Made by a program: the position numbers and the translations under genes. From positions 41,920,139 through 41,984,138 of the forward strand of contig NC_057719.1 of the NCBI RefSeq assembly GCF_004010195.1: 64,000 nt of DNA, read 5' to 3'. Shown piece after piece: positions 24,601 to 36,612 of the stretch (positions are counted from its first letter, which is position 1; the number at the start of each line of letters is the position of its first letter). The notes under the pieces are model-generated. The model was not told the origin of the DNA and did not search any database. It saw nothing but the letters and a program-made list of their open reading frames with translations. The DNA is from Chiloscyllium plagiosum (lineage: Eukaryota).

Positions 24601-24779
24601 AGTGGGGAGCCTCAACAATTGGCTTCACTTGTCGTAAAATCAGGTACATTTTGCACATTTTTCAATGTTTGTAATGATGGTTGCATGCACCAGAAATTCC
24701 TGTGGGCAAGGCTCCCTGCAGTTAGCATCAAATTGGAAAATGACCCCTGCAGTCTTAATCAGTTTGGATGAACGAATGG

Positions 24780-24940
24780 CACCAAAAATAGATTGATTGG
24801 CCATTCATTTTATTACAGTCTATAGGACATTGTTCTCTATAAAATGACTGCTACCTTTGCCTCCAAAACAAGTTACTGAACTTCAAAATGCATTCAGTTC
24901 TTGGAGAAATTTCTGAAGAAAGTCTATATCAATGTAAAAA
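24780..24940 (+). mobile_element. Possible decayed Deu-domain SINE 3' portion
   Basis: Loose resemblance (aaatgactgctacctttgcc...aacttcaaaatgcattca...ctatatcaatgtaa) to DeuSINE tails recalled from memory. Confidence 0.35.
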
Positions 24941-25649
24941 TGTTATTTATCTTCCATGCAATTTGTCAGCGTGCAATATTCCAATTAAATCAGTAAACAT
25001 ATCACTCGCATGTCATTTTCACAAATAATGTATACATTGACTTTTGTGCAGTACTAGTTACATTTTTGTCAGCATCGTTTCATCTTTAATGGCACTATCG
25101 ACACTTGAGCTGCTACCCAAATTAGGGCAGGAGTTCACCCCTTTATCCTGCTCAGAAACTTAACTCAACCTTTTCTTTTCAAACTTATAAAATGAGATAA
25201 TTATTTATTCATTTAATTGAACCAAGGATGTCTTTACCAATAGAATCAACTGAACTTCCCAGCCCTTTCTTGGGCGTGATACTTCTCAAACACTGGTTCC
25301 CCAGTAGAGTGCTCCCCAGTTATGCTGGTGCTATGCACTGATCTTATGGCTGACAATTAATATAGTTAGGGTCTGGAGACATCACTGGACCTTGTTCTTC
25401 TGAACCTCAATGAGGACCTGCCTGGAGAGAGTTTCTCTCACGCTGTTTGAAAAGTGTCAATTAATGGATGCATTAGCAGCGTCCCTATGGTGTGTGCTAG
25501 TCTGTTGATATTTTATACCCTCTTCATAAGTCAATCTTGTGGTGTACAGACTAGGTGCAGGTAGACATAGATAATCAAGTTCATCATCACCTCCAAGGTG
25601 CCAGCTCAGCCTTCAGCTGACTGAGGGAAATGGCATTTGAGGACAAGAA

Positions 25650-27540
25650 TCTCATCACTGAGACTAAGGTCATGGTTTACTAGACACCAGTGATCTCTGC
25701 ACATCTTGCTGCTCCTGAGATGTGGACATCCAGGCACCTTAAACATTACAGAATTGTCAATGCCATTGCTTTCATATGATCCTCTGAATCCAGTAGCAAC
25801 CCAATATTCCCAGGACCAGTAATCATTCAAACCAGTTCCATTGGGTGAGATCTGTCAATTGCGTGATTGGCACCAAATTCTGAAAGTAGCTGCTCAGTCA
25901 CATCAGGACATTCCCAGGACAACAATGGCAACTCATCAGCAGTGTGCTCGAAGTATCTTTGAAAAGGTGCAGGTTTACTACAGGAAATGAGGGAAGAGAT
26001 TGCTGCGCCTTCGGCAATGATCTTTGCATCCTCACTATCCACTGGAGTAGTGCCAGATGATTGGAGGGTGGAAAATGTTATTCCTTTGTTCAAGAAAAGG
26101 AATAAGGATAAACCTGGGAATTATAGATCAGTCAGTCTTACGTCTGTGTTGGACAAATTATTGGAGAGGATTCTGAGACAGGATTTGTGATTACTTGAAA
26201 AACCACAGTTTGCTTAGAGATAATTATCATGGCTTTGTGAGGGGTAGGTCATGCCTCACAAAACTAATTCAATTATTTGTGGAAGATAGAGCAGTGGATG
26301 TGGTGTACAAGGATTTTAAAAAGGAGTTTGATATGTTTCCCCATTGTAGGCTCATTCAGAAAGTTAAGAGGCATGGGATACAGGGAAATTTGGCTGTCTG
26401 GATATAGAATTGGCTGGCCCATAAAAGACAGAGAGTGGTGGTAGATGGAAAGTATTCACCCTGGAGCTTAGTGACCAGTGGTATTGCGCAGGGATTGGCT
26501 CTGGGACCTCTGCTCTTTGTGATTTTTATAAATGACTTGGATGAGGAAGTGGAAGGGTGGATTAGTAAGTTTGCTGATGATAAGAAGGTTGGTGGAGTTT
26601 GATATGTGTTGTAGGTTGCAGTGGAACATTGACATTGCAAAACAGGGCTGATAAGTGGCAGATGGAGCTCAACCTGGAAAAGTGTGAAGTGATTCATTTT
26701 GGAAGTCGAATTTAGATGCAGATTATGGAGTTAAAGGCAGGAGTCTTGGCAGCGTGGAGGAACAGAGGGATCTCAGGGTCCATGTTCATAGATCGCTAGA
26801 AGTTGCCACCGAAGTTGATAAGATTGTTAAGAAGGCTTATGGTGTGTTGGCTTTCATTAGCAGGAGATAGAGTTTAAGAGCTATGAGGCCATGCTGCAGC
26901 TCTGTAGAGCCCTGGTTAGACCACACCTGGAACATTGTGTTCATTTCTAATCGCCTCATTATAGGAAGGATGTGGAAGCTTTAGAGAGGGTGCAGAGGAG
27001 ATTGACCAGGCTGCTGCCTGGAGGGTATGTCTTATGAAGACAGGTTGAGGGAGGTAAGACTTTTCTCAATGGAGCAAAGAAGGATGAGAAGTGACTTGAT
27101 AGAAGTGCACAAGATGATGAGAGGCACAGAGTGAATAGGGCAGAAATGGATATCACAAAGGGGCATAATTTTAAGAAAATTGGAGGAAGTTTTAGGGGAG
27201 ATGTCAGAGGTAGGTTCTTTACACAGAGAGTGGTGGGCACATGGAATGCACTACCAGCAGCAGTAGTAGTAGAGTCAGATTCATTAGGGACATTTAAGCG
27301 ACTCTTGGATAGGCACATGGATGATAATAAAATGAAAAGTATGTAGGCTAGTTTGATCTTCGAGTAGGAGAAAAGTTCGGCACAACATCACGGGCCGAAA
27401 GGCCTGTACTGTTCTGTGTTCTATGCTCTAAAAGGTCAAGCATATTCCTGCTGATAAATGAAAGATCCTGGCTTGTGATCAGCCAAAATGGAAAATGCTC
27501 AGGATGGGTCTAAAGACATCAAAAGACATTGTCAGGAATA
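25650..27540 (+). mobile_element. RTE-like LINE 3' remnant split by a CR1 insertion
   Basis: Remnants PEMWT/RHLK on the left and SLKRSSIPADK*KILACDQPKW across the junction; 7-bp TSD aaaaggt at 25962-25968 and 27430-27436. Confidence 0.55.
25969..27429 (+). mobile_element. CR1 LINE, 5'-truncated (RT to tail)
   Basis: VPDDWRVENVIPLFKK..PGNYR, HGFVRGRSCLT, KFADD, FFTQRVVGTWNALP; TSD aaaaggt. Confidence 0.95.
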
Positions 27541-27866
27541 TGCAGAAACAAAGTCGAGGTGTCCTAGGTATCATACTTCCAAACAACTATTCTAACTAAT
27601 CCTTCAAGTACCCAATGTCTCCCATGTGGCAGAGTCTGCAGAATAGAGATTTTGAGGAGCTACCTGAGATAAAGCGTAAGTAAGCTGAGTGTTATAATTT
27701 CCTTAGAATTCTATTCTATCATCAAGCCATGTAAAATTCTATACCTGGCCTACAAAGGTATTTTTAAATCATTAATTTCAATTCTTCACAGTTAATAATA
27801 GATTTTACAGACAGGTTTCACTGGGAAATTTACTGGCATCTTAAAGAATAAAATGGATAATCTTAC

Positions 27867-27920
27867 CTGATTGAATGGGCGTACACGAACAGCAACTTTT
27901 AGACTACTTCCATTAATCAT
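27867..27920 (-). CDS. KIF28: KIF28-like kinesin-3, coding exon 1 (MINGSSLKVAVRVRPFNQ)
   Basis: ATG at 27920-27918; kinesin N-terminal motif KVAVRVRP; donor CAG|GTAAGA; 54 nt, phase 0, joins exon 2 as RPFNQ|REK. Confidence 0.85.
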
Positions 27921-28719
27921 TATGAAGCTTCTCAAGTTAAGCGATATTTTGCAGTTTGATTTAAAAACACAGTAAAGGTGAAAAAAAGCAGTGGAAGCTG
28001 TACTGTGAAATAGTTCATCTACTTCATGCACTGCCAATGTTAATGGATTTGTGCCTTGCTGATATCTTCTGCTGGTGTTTTATATGATGCTATATCAGGA
28101 AGGTGACCTTCGTGTGACTGATGTAATGTCACTGGCATGTCTGAAAGCCAAAAGGTGCTCTGTCAAGCCTCAGAGCTGACCATGTTGGCAACTGCAGAAG
28201 AATAGTGATGAAAGTACTGAATTATTCGACAAGACATATTAATGTTTAATTCCTATCACCAAGTTAGGGAAACCAAAATACTGAAGTCATATAGTCACTA
28301 GATTAGAAGGAGAAACAAATTACAAATAATAAAGTAAAACATTTTATCTCTTTTGGAATTGTTTTTATTTTTTGTTTTGGATTTACGTAAGTACCTAAGG
28401 TTTGAAATTTTAATTGAGTGACTTAATTATTTAAAAGTCAATTCTACAATACTCATTATTAATTTATTCAACAGTCTCATATGTCAGACAACAGGATTAA
28501 GATTATATTGAAGTTCATTGTAATCCTTTGCTAAATGAGCATGGAATTTTTTTTCTGATTCTCAACTTACATTACATTTCACATTCTGCTTAGAAACTCC
28601 ACTTTACAGACTGCCTGAATCCATTCTGGATCTAACTGGCTTTTATTAAAACACTAAAAATACAAACGTTTGGTGGTACAGAACGTGAGTCTTGTGGGGG
28701 ATAAAAAAAACCTTATGTC

Positions 28720-29000
28720 CTGATTAGAACATTTCACAGAAATGTCAATTCAAAAGGAAAGCCAACATTTAGACTGCCTGTGAGGAGAGTGCTGATTGAT
28801 TGACAAGTGGGCCCTGATTGGTAGAGGTGTTGCCATGTGGAATTCACCCATTAATTCCAATTGACAGTTGACAGTCATGTTTTGTTTAAATCTTAAACCA
28901 GTCACATTGACTCTGACTGCCCTTAGAAATGAACAAGCAAATGTCTTTGAATTGTATTGTCAAATTGAAACAGATGCAGTGCATATATATATTCTTGCTG
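28720..29000 (-). mobile_element. Family-C Penelope 3' terminal remnant
   Basis: Reverse complement of 28880-28990 resembles 12970-13088 (gttcatttc...gggca...tttaaacaaa); carries CCAAT and CATGGCAAC. Confidence 0.5.
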
Positions 29001-29267
29001 TCTTCAAAGAGAAGGTACATTTTTTATTTAAACGCCCACAAAAAACGTAGGGAGTTCTTTCAACCTTCAAGAAGAAATGACTGCACTTTTGGTCATGCCA
29101 ATTTTTTTTATTCTGAGTATTCAGAATCAGAAGTGACAAGCTTTAAACAATTTCCTGAGGGCTTCTGAAGGTCAAGATATTTCAGGCTGTAGATCCTTAA
29201 AGACTGGACATTACCCAAAGGGTTGTGTCAAAACTTCCATCCTTCAGATTAGATTTCATTCTGTGCA

Positions 29268-29552
29268 GTGTGGAAACAGGCCCTTCAGCCCAGCAAGTCC
29301 ACACCGACCCTCCAAAGAGTAGCCCACCCAGACCCATTCCCCCTAACTAATGCACCTAACTCTATGGGCAATTTGGCATGACCAATTCACCTAACCTGCA
29401 CATCTTTGCACTGTGGGAGGTAACCGGAGCACACCCATGCAGACACAGGGAGAATGTGCAAACTCCACACAGACAGTCGCCCGAGGTTGGAATCGAACCC
29501 AGGTCCCTGGCATTGTGAGGCAGCAGTGCTAACCACTGAGCCACCGTGCCGC
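29268..29552 (-). mobile_element. HE1-type V-SINE
   Basis: Same head, core and tail as 1788-2076; B box GGTTCGATTCC. Confidence 0.88.
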
Positions 29553-29869
29553 CTAACCATACATAAAATAGGTCAAAGAAACACGCCAAACAATGGGAAT
29601 GTGATTACCTGCAAAGATATCCAAATTGCGCAGTGATCTCAGGTTTTATAAAGTCACAACATTGAATGGAGGCATGTTGAAGAAGAATAAAAGTGAGCTT
29701 AGGGAAATGAACAACATGCCAATTGTGCAGAGTGAACTCGATAGAACACATACAGATATGACAATGTGATGGGACACCAAGACAATGAATGACACTCTGA
29801 CAACACATCTGAAAATCAAGAATATTGGGAATCCAAATTGACATCTCCACAGGGTTGCACCATAACAAG

Positions 29870-30215
29870 ATCAAGGCTTTTCCTTCCCTTAGCACATTAC
29901 TTATCAGGTGTCTTTGGGATGTTTACAGTGTCCTCTATTGTGAAAATTGATCCAAAACATTTGTCTAAGTTTCCTGCCATTTTCCTTTTCTCCTGTATTA
30001 GTTCCCCAGTCACTTCCTACAATCACTTTAGCTACTCACTTCCTTTTTATGTACGCATAGAATCTCTCATTATCTGCTACTTTCATAAGCAATTTTCTCC
30101 CTTTTTAAATAGCTTTCTGGTCATTCATTGGTGGTTCCTAAACCATTCCCATTCCTCCAGCCTAATATTAGCTTCACCACGTGTTTTTAATGTGTTTTTT
30201 TTTATAATTAGAGAT
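29870..30215 (-). mobile_element. Old CR1 ORF2 remnant
   Basis: Minus strand ENGRKLRQMF...FTIED resembles the CR1 EMAxxLNxYFxSVFTxED region. Confidence 0.5.
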
Positions 30216-30221
30216 ATTTCC

Positions 30222-30328
30222 TAATCAACCAGTTCAGGGATGTTGTTACACACCTCTGGAGTAGGTGAGGCTTGAACACAGGACCATCCTTGGTCAGAGG
30301 TAGGGACACTACCAATGAGCCACAAGAC
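30222..30328 (-). mobile_element. Short tRNA-derived SINE
   Basis: Minus TGGCTCATTGG (A box) ... TGTTCAAGCC (B-like); no full cloverleaf. Confidence 0.55.
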
Positions 30329-31266
30329 GGTACACTCCTTGACCACATTTGTTAACAACAGTTGGTTCATCCTCCTAATTGAAACCCTGATCAGAAATCT
30401 GTCTGAAATACAGAGCTCGTCCTTAATGTACAGGAAGACAATGAAGTAGAGTGGCAACCTGAGTCTGACTGCCACCACATGGAAAATCTAATCTGAATTG
30501 TCCAACCTTCATCTGTGCTCAGATCATAAGTCTTCAATTCTGAAGAAAAAAATGTTTCTTATCCTGCTTTTGAATGGTATGGATAACATCTGGCAGTCTG
30601 AGAATTTGTAATTATTTACAAAGTAAATCTAAATGTAAAATAGCAACCAGTAAAAGTGACAATAAACCTGTCAAAAAGCCATATGGTTCCCCAACTGTTC
30701 TTTTAAGGAGGGCTGTTCTCCTGACTTGACTTGGCAAATATATGCCTCCAGCCACACATCAGTGTAATTTACTCTTATCTCTCTCAAAAGTAACTTTAAA
30801 TAGCTATATAGTTACGTCCAGGTCAACTAGATGTGGACAATCAATACTGATTATGCCAGTGACTGAAAATGTAGCAAGTTCCACTCCCACGAGTACTCTG
30901 CCACACTGCTCTCACCTTCACCCAGTGGAACATTGGGGCCTATGCAGCTGAGGTCTGGTAGTTCAAATTTATTGTGTCTCATGTTGTGAAGATTTGCTGC
31001 CCATCTAGGCAACTCACAACTCCTCAGATATTGTAACAGTTTATGCCCATAAACAGCAAGACCCAGACAATATTAAGCTGACATGTGGCAGTAGCATTTG
31101 CAACATTCAAATGCTAGGGAATGGCCATCATCGACAAGACAGAATCTAACCATTGCCCCTTGACATTCAATGGCATTATCATTGCTGAGTACCCTATTAT
31201 CAATGCTCCTGGATGTTAACATTGACTAGAAACTAGCCATATGAATACAGTGGCTGCAAGAGCAGG

Positions 31267-31640
31267 GATTTTTAAACATCCATTCATTGGGTGGACCAGC
31301 ATTATTTGCCCAGCCCTAATTGCCAAGGAGCAATTAAGAGTCAATCACATTGCTGTAGGTCTTACATCACATGTTGGCTAGACCAGGTAATGATGGCAAA
31401 TTTCCTTCACTGAAGTGTATTAGTGAATCAGGTGGGGTTTTTTTTCCCCTGACATTCAATAGTTGTATCATGGTCATCATTAGACTCTTATTTCTAGATT
31501 TCAATATTATCTATTTGAATTCTATATTATCAAATTCAAATTCCACCATCTGCTATGGTCGGATTCAAACCCAGGCCCCCTGGTCTGGGTCTCTGGATTA
31601 ATAGTCTTGCGATAATAACAGTAGGACTTCGTCTACCCCA
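31267..31640 (-). mobile_element. Bipartite tRNA-headed SINE (LINE 5' head joined to LINE 3' tail)
   Basis: B box GGTTTGAATCC (31571-31561); body matches 23896-23620; tail GGCAATTAGGGCTGGGCAAATAATGCTGG matches the LINE tail at 19550-19590. Confidence 0.75.
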
Positions 31641-31789
31641 AAGCTAGGAATCCTGCAGTGAGTAACTCAACTCCTAATTTGCCAAAGCCTGTTTAGTCTC
31701 TATAGGCCACAGTGACGAGTGTCATAGAACATTCCCTACCTGCCTGGATGAGTGCAGCTCCAACAACACTCAAGAAGCTTGACACCATT

Positions 31790-32079
31790 GGGAGACAGGC
31801 TGCCTACTTGCGGAACATTTCAGAGAACACCTCTGGAACACCCGGACCAACCAACCCAACCACCCTGAGGCTCAACACTTCAACTCCCCCTCCCACTCCA
31901 CCAAGGACATGCAGGTCCTTGGACTCCTCCATCGCCAGACCATAGCAACACGACGGTTGGAGGAAGATGCTTGACACACTTTCCTCATTCCTGAAGAAGG
32001 GCTCATGCCCGAAATGTCGATTCTCCTGCTCCTTGGATACTGCCTGACCTGCTGCGCTTTTCCAGCAACACATTTTCAG
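31790..32079 (+). mobile_element. Penelope family A fragment (GIY-YIG remnant, internal deletion, hammerhead 31991-32018)
   Basis: AEHFREHLWNTRTNQPNHPEAQHFNSPSHSTKDMQVLGL; short TSD caccatt. Confidence 0.85.
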
Positions 32080-33994
32080 CACCATTCAAGACAAAACAGC
32101 CAACTTAATTGGTGCCACTTCCACAAATATTCACTCCCTCCACCACCAATGCATACTGGCAGCAATGCTTCCATTGTTAAGATGTACTGCATAAATTCAC
32201 CAAGCTCATACGACAGCATCTTCTAAACCCAAAAACACTACCATCTTGAAAGAGATGGTATCAGATACATGGGAATACCACCACCTATGAGTTCCTCTCC
32301 AAGCCACTCAACATCCTGACTTCAAAACATATTGCCGTTCTTTTAGTGTCACTGGGTCAAAAGCCTGGAACTCCCTCCCCAAATGCCGGGTGGGGGTAGC
32401 TACACTAAATAGATTGCAGTGGGTCAAGAAGGCAGCTGGTCATCATCTTCTCAAGGGCACGTAAGGATGGGCAGTAAGTACAAGCCCAGACAGCAATGCC
32501 CACTTGCCATGAATGAATTTTAAAAATTCCTGCATCACTCCAGCTAAAATAGATGTGGTAGTGTGGATATTCTATAAAAGAATCAATATGCCTAGAAACA
32601 TGGGTGTAGTAATGTGCAATTCTGTTGCAATACAATAAGACGTATTTCCTGAATGTGGTTGTTTACATTGTTGCTTAAACAAAACCTCTTGAACTTCCAG
32701 ACAGGAATTTCTTTCTTCGTGTAACCATCACAAGGTGCTAAGAAATTAAAACCCAGTGGAAAGCTTGCACTCATTCAGTCCCCAAAATGAAGGTTGCTGA
32801 CAGCTGTGTACTCAAACCTTAATAAGCCACTATCGGCAGTAATCCTCAACACAGTGCTCAGCAGATCATGACCAGAATTACCATGTGCTCAGTCAAGGAA
32901 TAAATATGCACTTGATGTGCAGCTAATCCACAATTAGTCGTAAACAAACACTTCACATCTAAAGAAGTATTACAGTTTCAATACACAGCTAATTTAGCAA
33001 AGGAAATGTGAACGCTTCAGGAGATCAGGAATATGAATGAAGGCCTGTTTGACGTTTTATATTCTTTATGATTTGAGATCAACTGTCATTTCTCCTGTAT
33101 TAGATAGTGAGAGTAGGCAACAGTAAGACTTATGAATGCAAAATTTGCTCTTGAGGTCTGAAGGATATCAGAGGGTCAGTCAGTTGCATTACCTTCTTAC
33201 AAAGAGTTTCAGAGAATGTACAACACTTATATAGACTGCTCCATGTTCCATATAGTTTTTTAAATGTGAATGAAACTACCATTAGAAAACAATGTACTAA
33301 AGAATACAAACTGCACAGCAAACAAACCTAGCAGTTACAAAATAAGATTTCACTGGAGACAACGCAACCCCCATTGTAGGTTGATGCACCACTTCTTGTT
33401 AGTCGGTTGTGCATATCTGTGAAACAGGAAACTGAGAGGATCACTTAAGGAGTTGGTCACATTTTACGTTAGGAGCATACAAGCAGAAAGAGATAGGGTG
33501 ACCACCAAACAGTTGAAGAGAGCAAAGCAGGCAGTGGATGGTGCTTGCTCCATCCTGAATATTGGTGAGGGCAAGGGAGAGCAGCTAGAGCCCATTTGTA
33601 GCACCACGACTGACTTAACTCCTCAGGGCAGGAGGAAGAAGAATAGAAGAGCAGTAATGTTAGGGGATGCTGCAATAAATCATTTCTGACTCCAGGATGG
33701 TGTGTTGCCCTCTCTGACCCAGAGTCAGCATCCCATACAGTGGCAGGTAAACTGACGACGAGCATCAACCAAGCTTAGAATGCAGCATAATGTCAGAAAG
33801 ACAAAGTTAAGGGCACTCTACCTGAATGCACAAAGCATTCCTTGAAGGTCACCACACTTCAGGTTTGAAAGATTAAAAAGGTAGGATCTTCATGGTAATC
33901 TCAGGAATCAAACCTATGCTGTTGGTGTCATTCTGCATCATAAATCAACCACCACCAAATTGTGCTAATCAACCACTTAGGTATTATAGTAATT

Positions 33995-34197
33995 AGAATT
34001 AGAATCCCGACAGTGTGAAAACAGGCCATTTGGCCCAACAAGTCCACACGCAGAACCATTCCCCTGTACCTATTACTCTACATTTCCCCTAACTAATGCA
34101 CCCAGCCTACACATCCCTGAACACTGTGGGCAATTTAGCATGGCCAATTCACCTAACCTGCACATCTTTGGACTGTGGGAGGAAACCAGAGCACCCT
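33995..34197 (-). mobile_element. HE1-type V-SINE, 5'-truncated
   Basis: V core and tail only. Confidence 0.8.
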
Positions 34198-34346
34198 GGG
34201 TAACATCAATTTGCAAATAGACTGAGTAAACCTAATGAGCATAAGTGCGGTGATGAGTTTCTAAAGCGAACTGGGGATGGTTCTCCCCAGCTGTGTGTTA
34301 AGGAACTGACTGGAGAACAGGTCACTTTCTATCTAGTATTGTGTTA

Positions 34347-34652
34347 ATTATTAATCCAAGATTCAGAAAATGTTCTGAGGATCCAGGTTTGAATGCTACC
34401 ATGGCATATGGTAGAATTTGACTTCAATAAAAATCTGGAATGAAGAGTCTAATGACCATGAATCCATTGTTGATTGTTGGCCCTTCTGGTTCATTAATGC
34501 CCTTTAGGGAAGGAAACTTCTATCAATACCTGCTGTAGCCTACATGCAACTCCAAACCCACAGCAATGTGGCTGACTCTGGGAAATTAGTAATGGGCAAT
34601 AAATGCTGGCCTGGCCAAGAATGCTCTCATCTCATAAATACATAGAAAAAAA
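34347..34652 (+). mobile_element. Bipartite tRNA-headed SINE
   Basis: ggtttgaatgc B-like box; ctggttcattaatgccctttagggaaggaaa body; tail gggcaataaatgctggcc then A-run. Confidence 0.75.
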
Positions 34653-35259
34653 TGGATTTATGAGAAATGATGGAGGAATAATCTTATAAAAGCACATTTC
34701 AGGATGAATAATCATAAATGATAAAATATTACATCATGCTTGAAAGTCATGTAGTTCAAACCAAGGTGTTAAATTTAAAGAAAGGGCATTATGAAGGTAT
34801 GAGGGATAAATTGGCTGAGGTGCAACTGGGAGCATACATTAATAGGTATTATGGTGCAGAGGCTATTGATGCACCAACAAGCATTTATGGTACAACTTCA
34901 AAGTGTCTATAGCCTTTGGAGCTGTAAGTCAAACTTTGAACTAAGAACCTCCCTACAGTGCTAATGGAAGATTGTGAAATCAGTAATTATAGCACTAATC
35001 TAGCAATAATAAACCTCAAGTATATGTCAACAGATAGAGTGAAGTAGCAAACACTACTTTTTTATACACTGCACAGACTCTTTTCAAATGTTTAAAATCC
35101 ATGAGTTTTAAATGCCTCTCTAGTTCAACATTTCCTTTCATAGATCTGTTACTAGTTCTAAAGAGCTTGATAATCCAAATGAATTTATACACTTTTTAAA
35201 AACACACATGCGTGCCTACTTTAATAATCCCAAATGGCGCCTTACCTTTCCCAAAGGGC

Positions 35260-35500
35260 TAGTAAAAGTCAACCACATTGCTGTGGATCTGGAGTCACTT
35301 GTGAGCCAAAGGAAATAAAGGAAATGGGCTTTTACAACAATCAACATAGTCACTAACTTACGTTTTTATTCCAGACTTCTATCTTATAGTGAAATCACAA
35401 CTTGCTGTAATGTGATTTGAACCCAACATCTTCAGTACGTTAGCCTAGGGTTCTAGATTTCATAATCCACTGGCATTACCATAATGCTGCCACCTCTCCC
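35260..35500 (-). mobile_element. Older copy of the bipartite SINE
   Basis: GGGTTCAAATC B box and gtgactccagatccacagcaatgtggttgact body on minus. Confidence 0.6.
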
Positions 35501-35556
35501 ACTTTCTAAAAGACGTTGTTTATTGCCTAATACAAACAAGTTACCTTAGTAAGATA

Positions 35557-36612
35557 AACATAGAAACACAGAAACGTAGAAGATAGGAGCAGGAGGAGGC
35601 CATTTGGTCCTTTAAGCCTGCTTTGCCATTCATCACGATCATAGTTGATTGTCCAACTCAACAGCCTAGTCCTGCTGTCTCCCTATAATCTTTGATCCCA
35701 TTCACCCCAAGTACAATATCTAGCCACCTCTTGAATAAAGTCAGTGTTTTGGCACCAACTACTTCCTGTGGTAATAGGTTCCACAGGCCGACCACTCTTT
35801 GGGTGAAGAAGTTTCTCCTCATTTCCATCCTAAATGATCTACCCCAAATCCTCAGAGTGTGATCCCTGGTTCTGGACACACCCACCATCAGAAACATCCT
35901 CCCTGTATCTACCCTGTTTAGTCCTGTTAGAATTTTAGAAGTCCCTATGAGATCCCCCCTCATTCGTCTGAACTCCAGGTAAAACAAGTCTAACCTTGTC
36001 AATCTCTCCTCATTCGTCAGTTCTGCCATCCCCAGAATCAGCCTGGTAAACCTTTGCTGTATTCCCTCTAGAGCAAGAGCATCCTTCCTCAGAAAAGGCT
36101 AGGTGTGGCCTTACCAAGGCCCTGTACAACCGCAACAACACATCCCTGCTCCTGTGCTTGAAACCTCTCACAATGAGCATCAACATACCATTTGCCTTCT
36201 TTACCGTCTGCTGCACCTGCATGCTTATCTTAGGTGACTGCTGGAAATGTGTTGCTGGAAAAGCGCAGCAGGTCAGGCAGCATCCAGGGAACAGGAGAAT
36301 CGACGTTTCGGGCATAAGCCCTTCCTGAAGAAGGGCTTATGCCCGAAACGTCGATTCTCCTGTTCCCTGGATGCTGCCTGACCTGCTGCGCTTTTCCAGC
36401 AACACATTTCCAGCTCTGATCTCCAGCATCTGCAGACCTCACTTTCTCCTATCTTAGGTGACTGGTGCACAAGAACATCCAGGTCCCACTGCACACTACC
36501 CCCCTCCCAATTTACGACCATTCAGGTAGTAATCTGCCTTCTTGTTTTTGCTTCCAAAGTGAATAACCTCACGTTTATCCAAGTTATACTACATCTGCCA
36601 TTGGTTTGCCCA
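35557..36612 (-). mobile_element. CR1 LINE 3' portion with nested PLE palindrome
   Basis: LEFRRMRGDLI...FFTQRVVGLWNLLP; LYRALVRPHL. Confidence 0.92.
36241..36449. mobile_element. Palindromic PLE element (family A) inside CR1; hammerhead on plus at 36325-36352
   Basis: Exact 15-bp TSD tatcttaggtgactg at 36226-36240 and 36450-36464. Confidence 0.9.

Larger units (their letters stand above)
31055..32525 (+). mobile_element. 3' part of the same LINE family as 19516-23896, with nested SINE and PLE
   Basis: EHSLPAWMSAAPTTLKKLDTI|QDKTANLIG; tail ggcacgtaaggatgggcagtaa...gcccacttgccatgaatgaat. Confidence 0.75.
33400..34910 (+). mobile_element. Decayed CR1 5' region (ORF1 esterase-like and ORF2 endonuclease) interrupted by SINEs
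   Basis: RRAVMLGD, DSRMVCC, KLRALYLNAQSI, TKVLNLKKGHYEGMR remnants. Confidence 0.65.
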
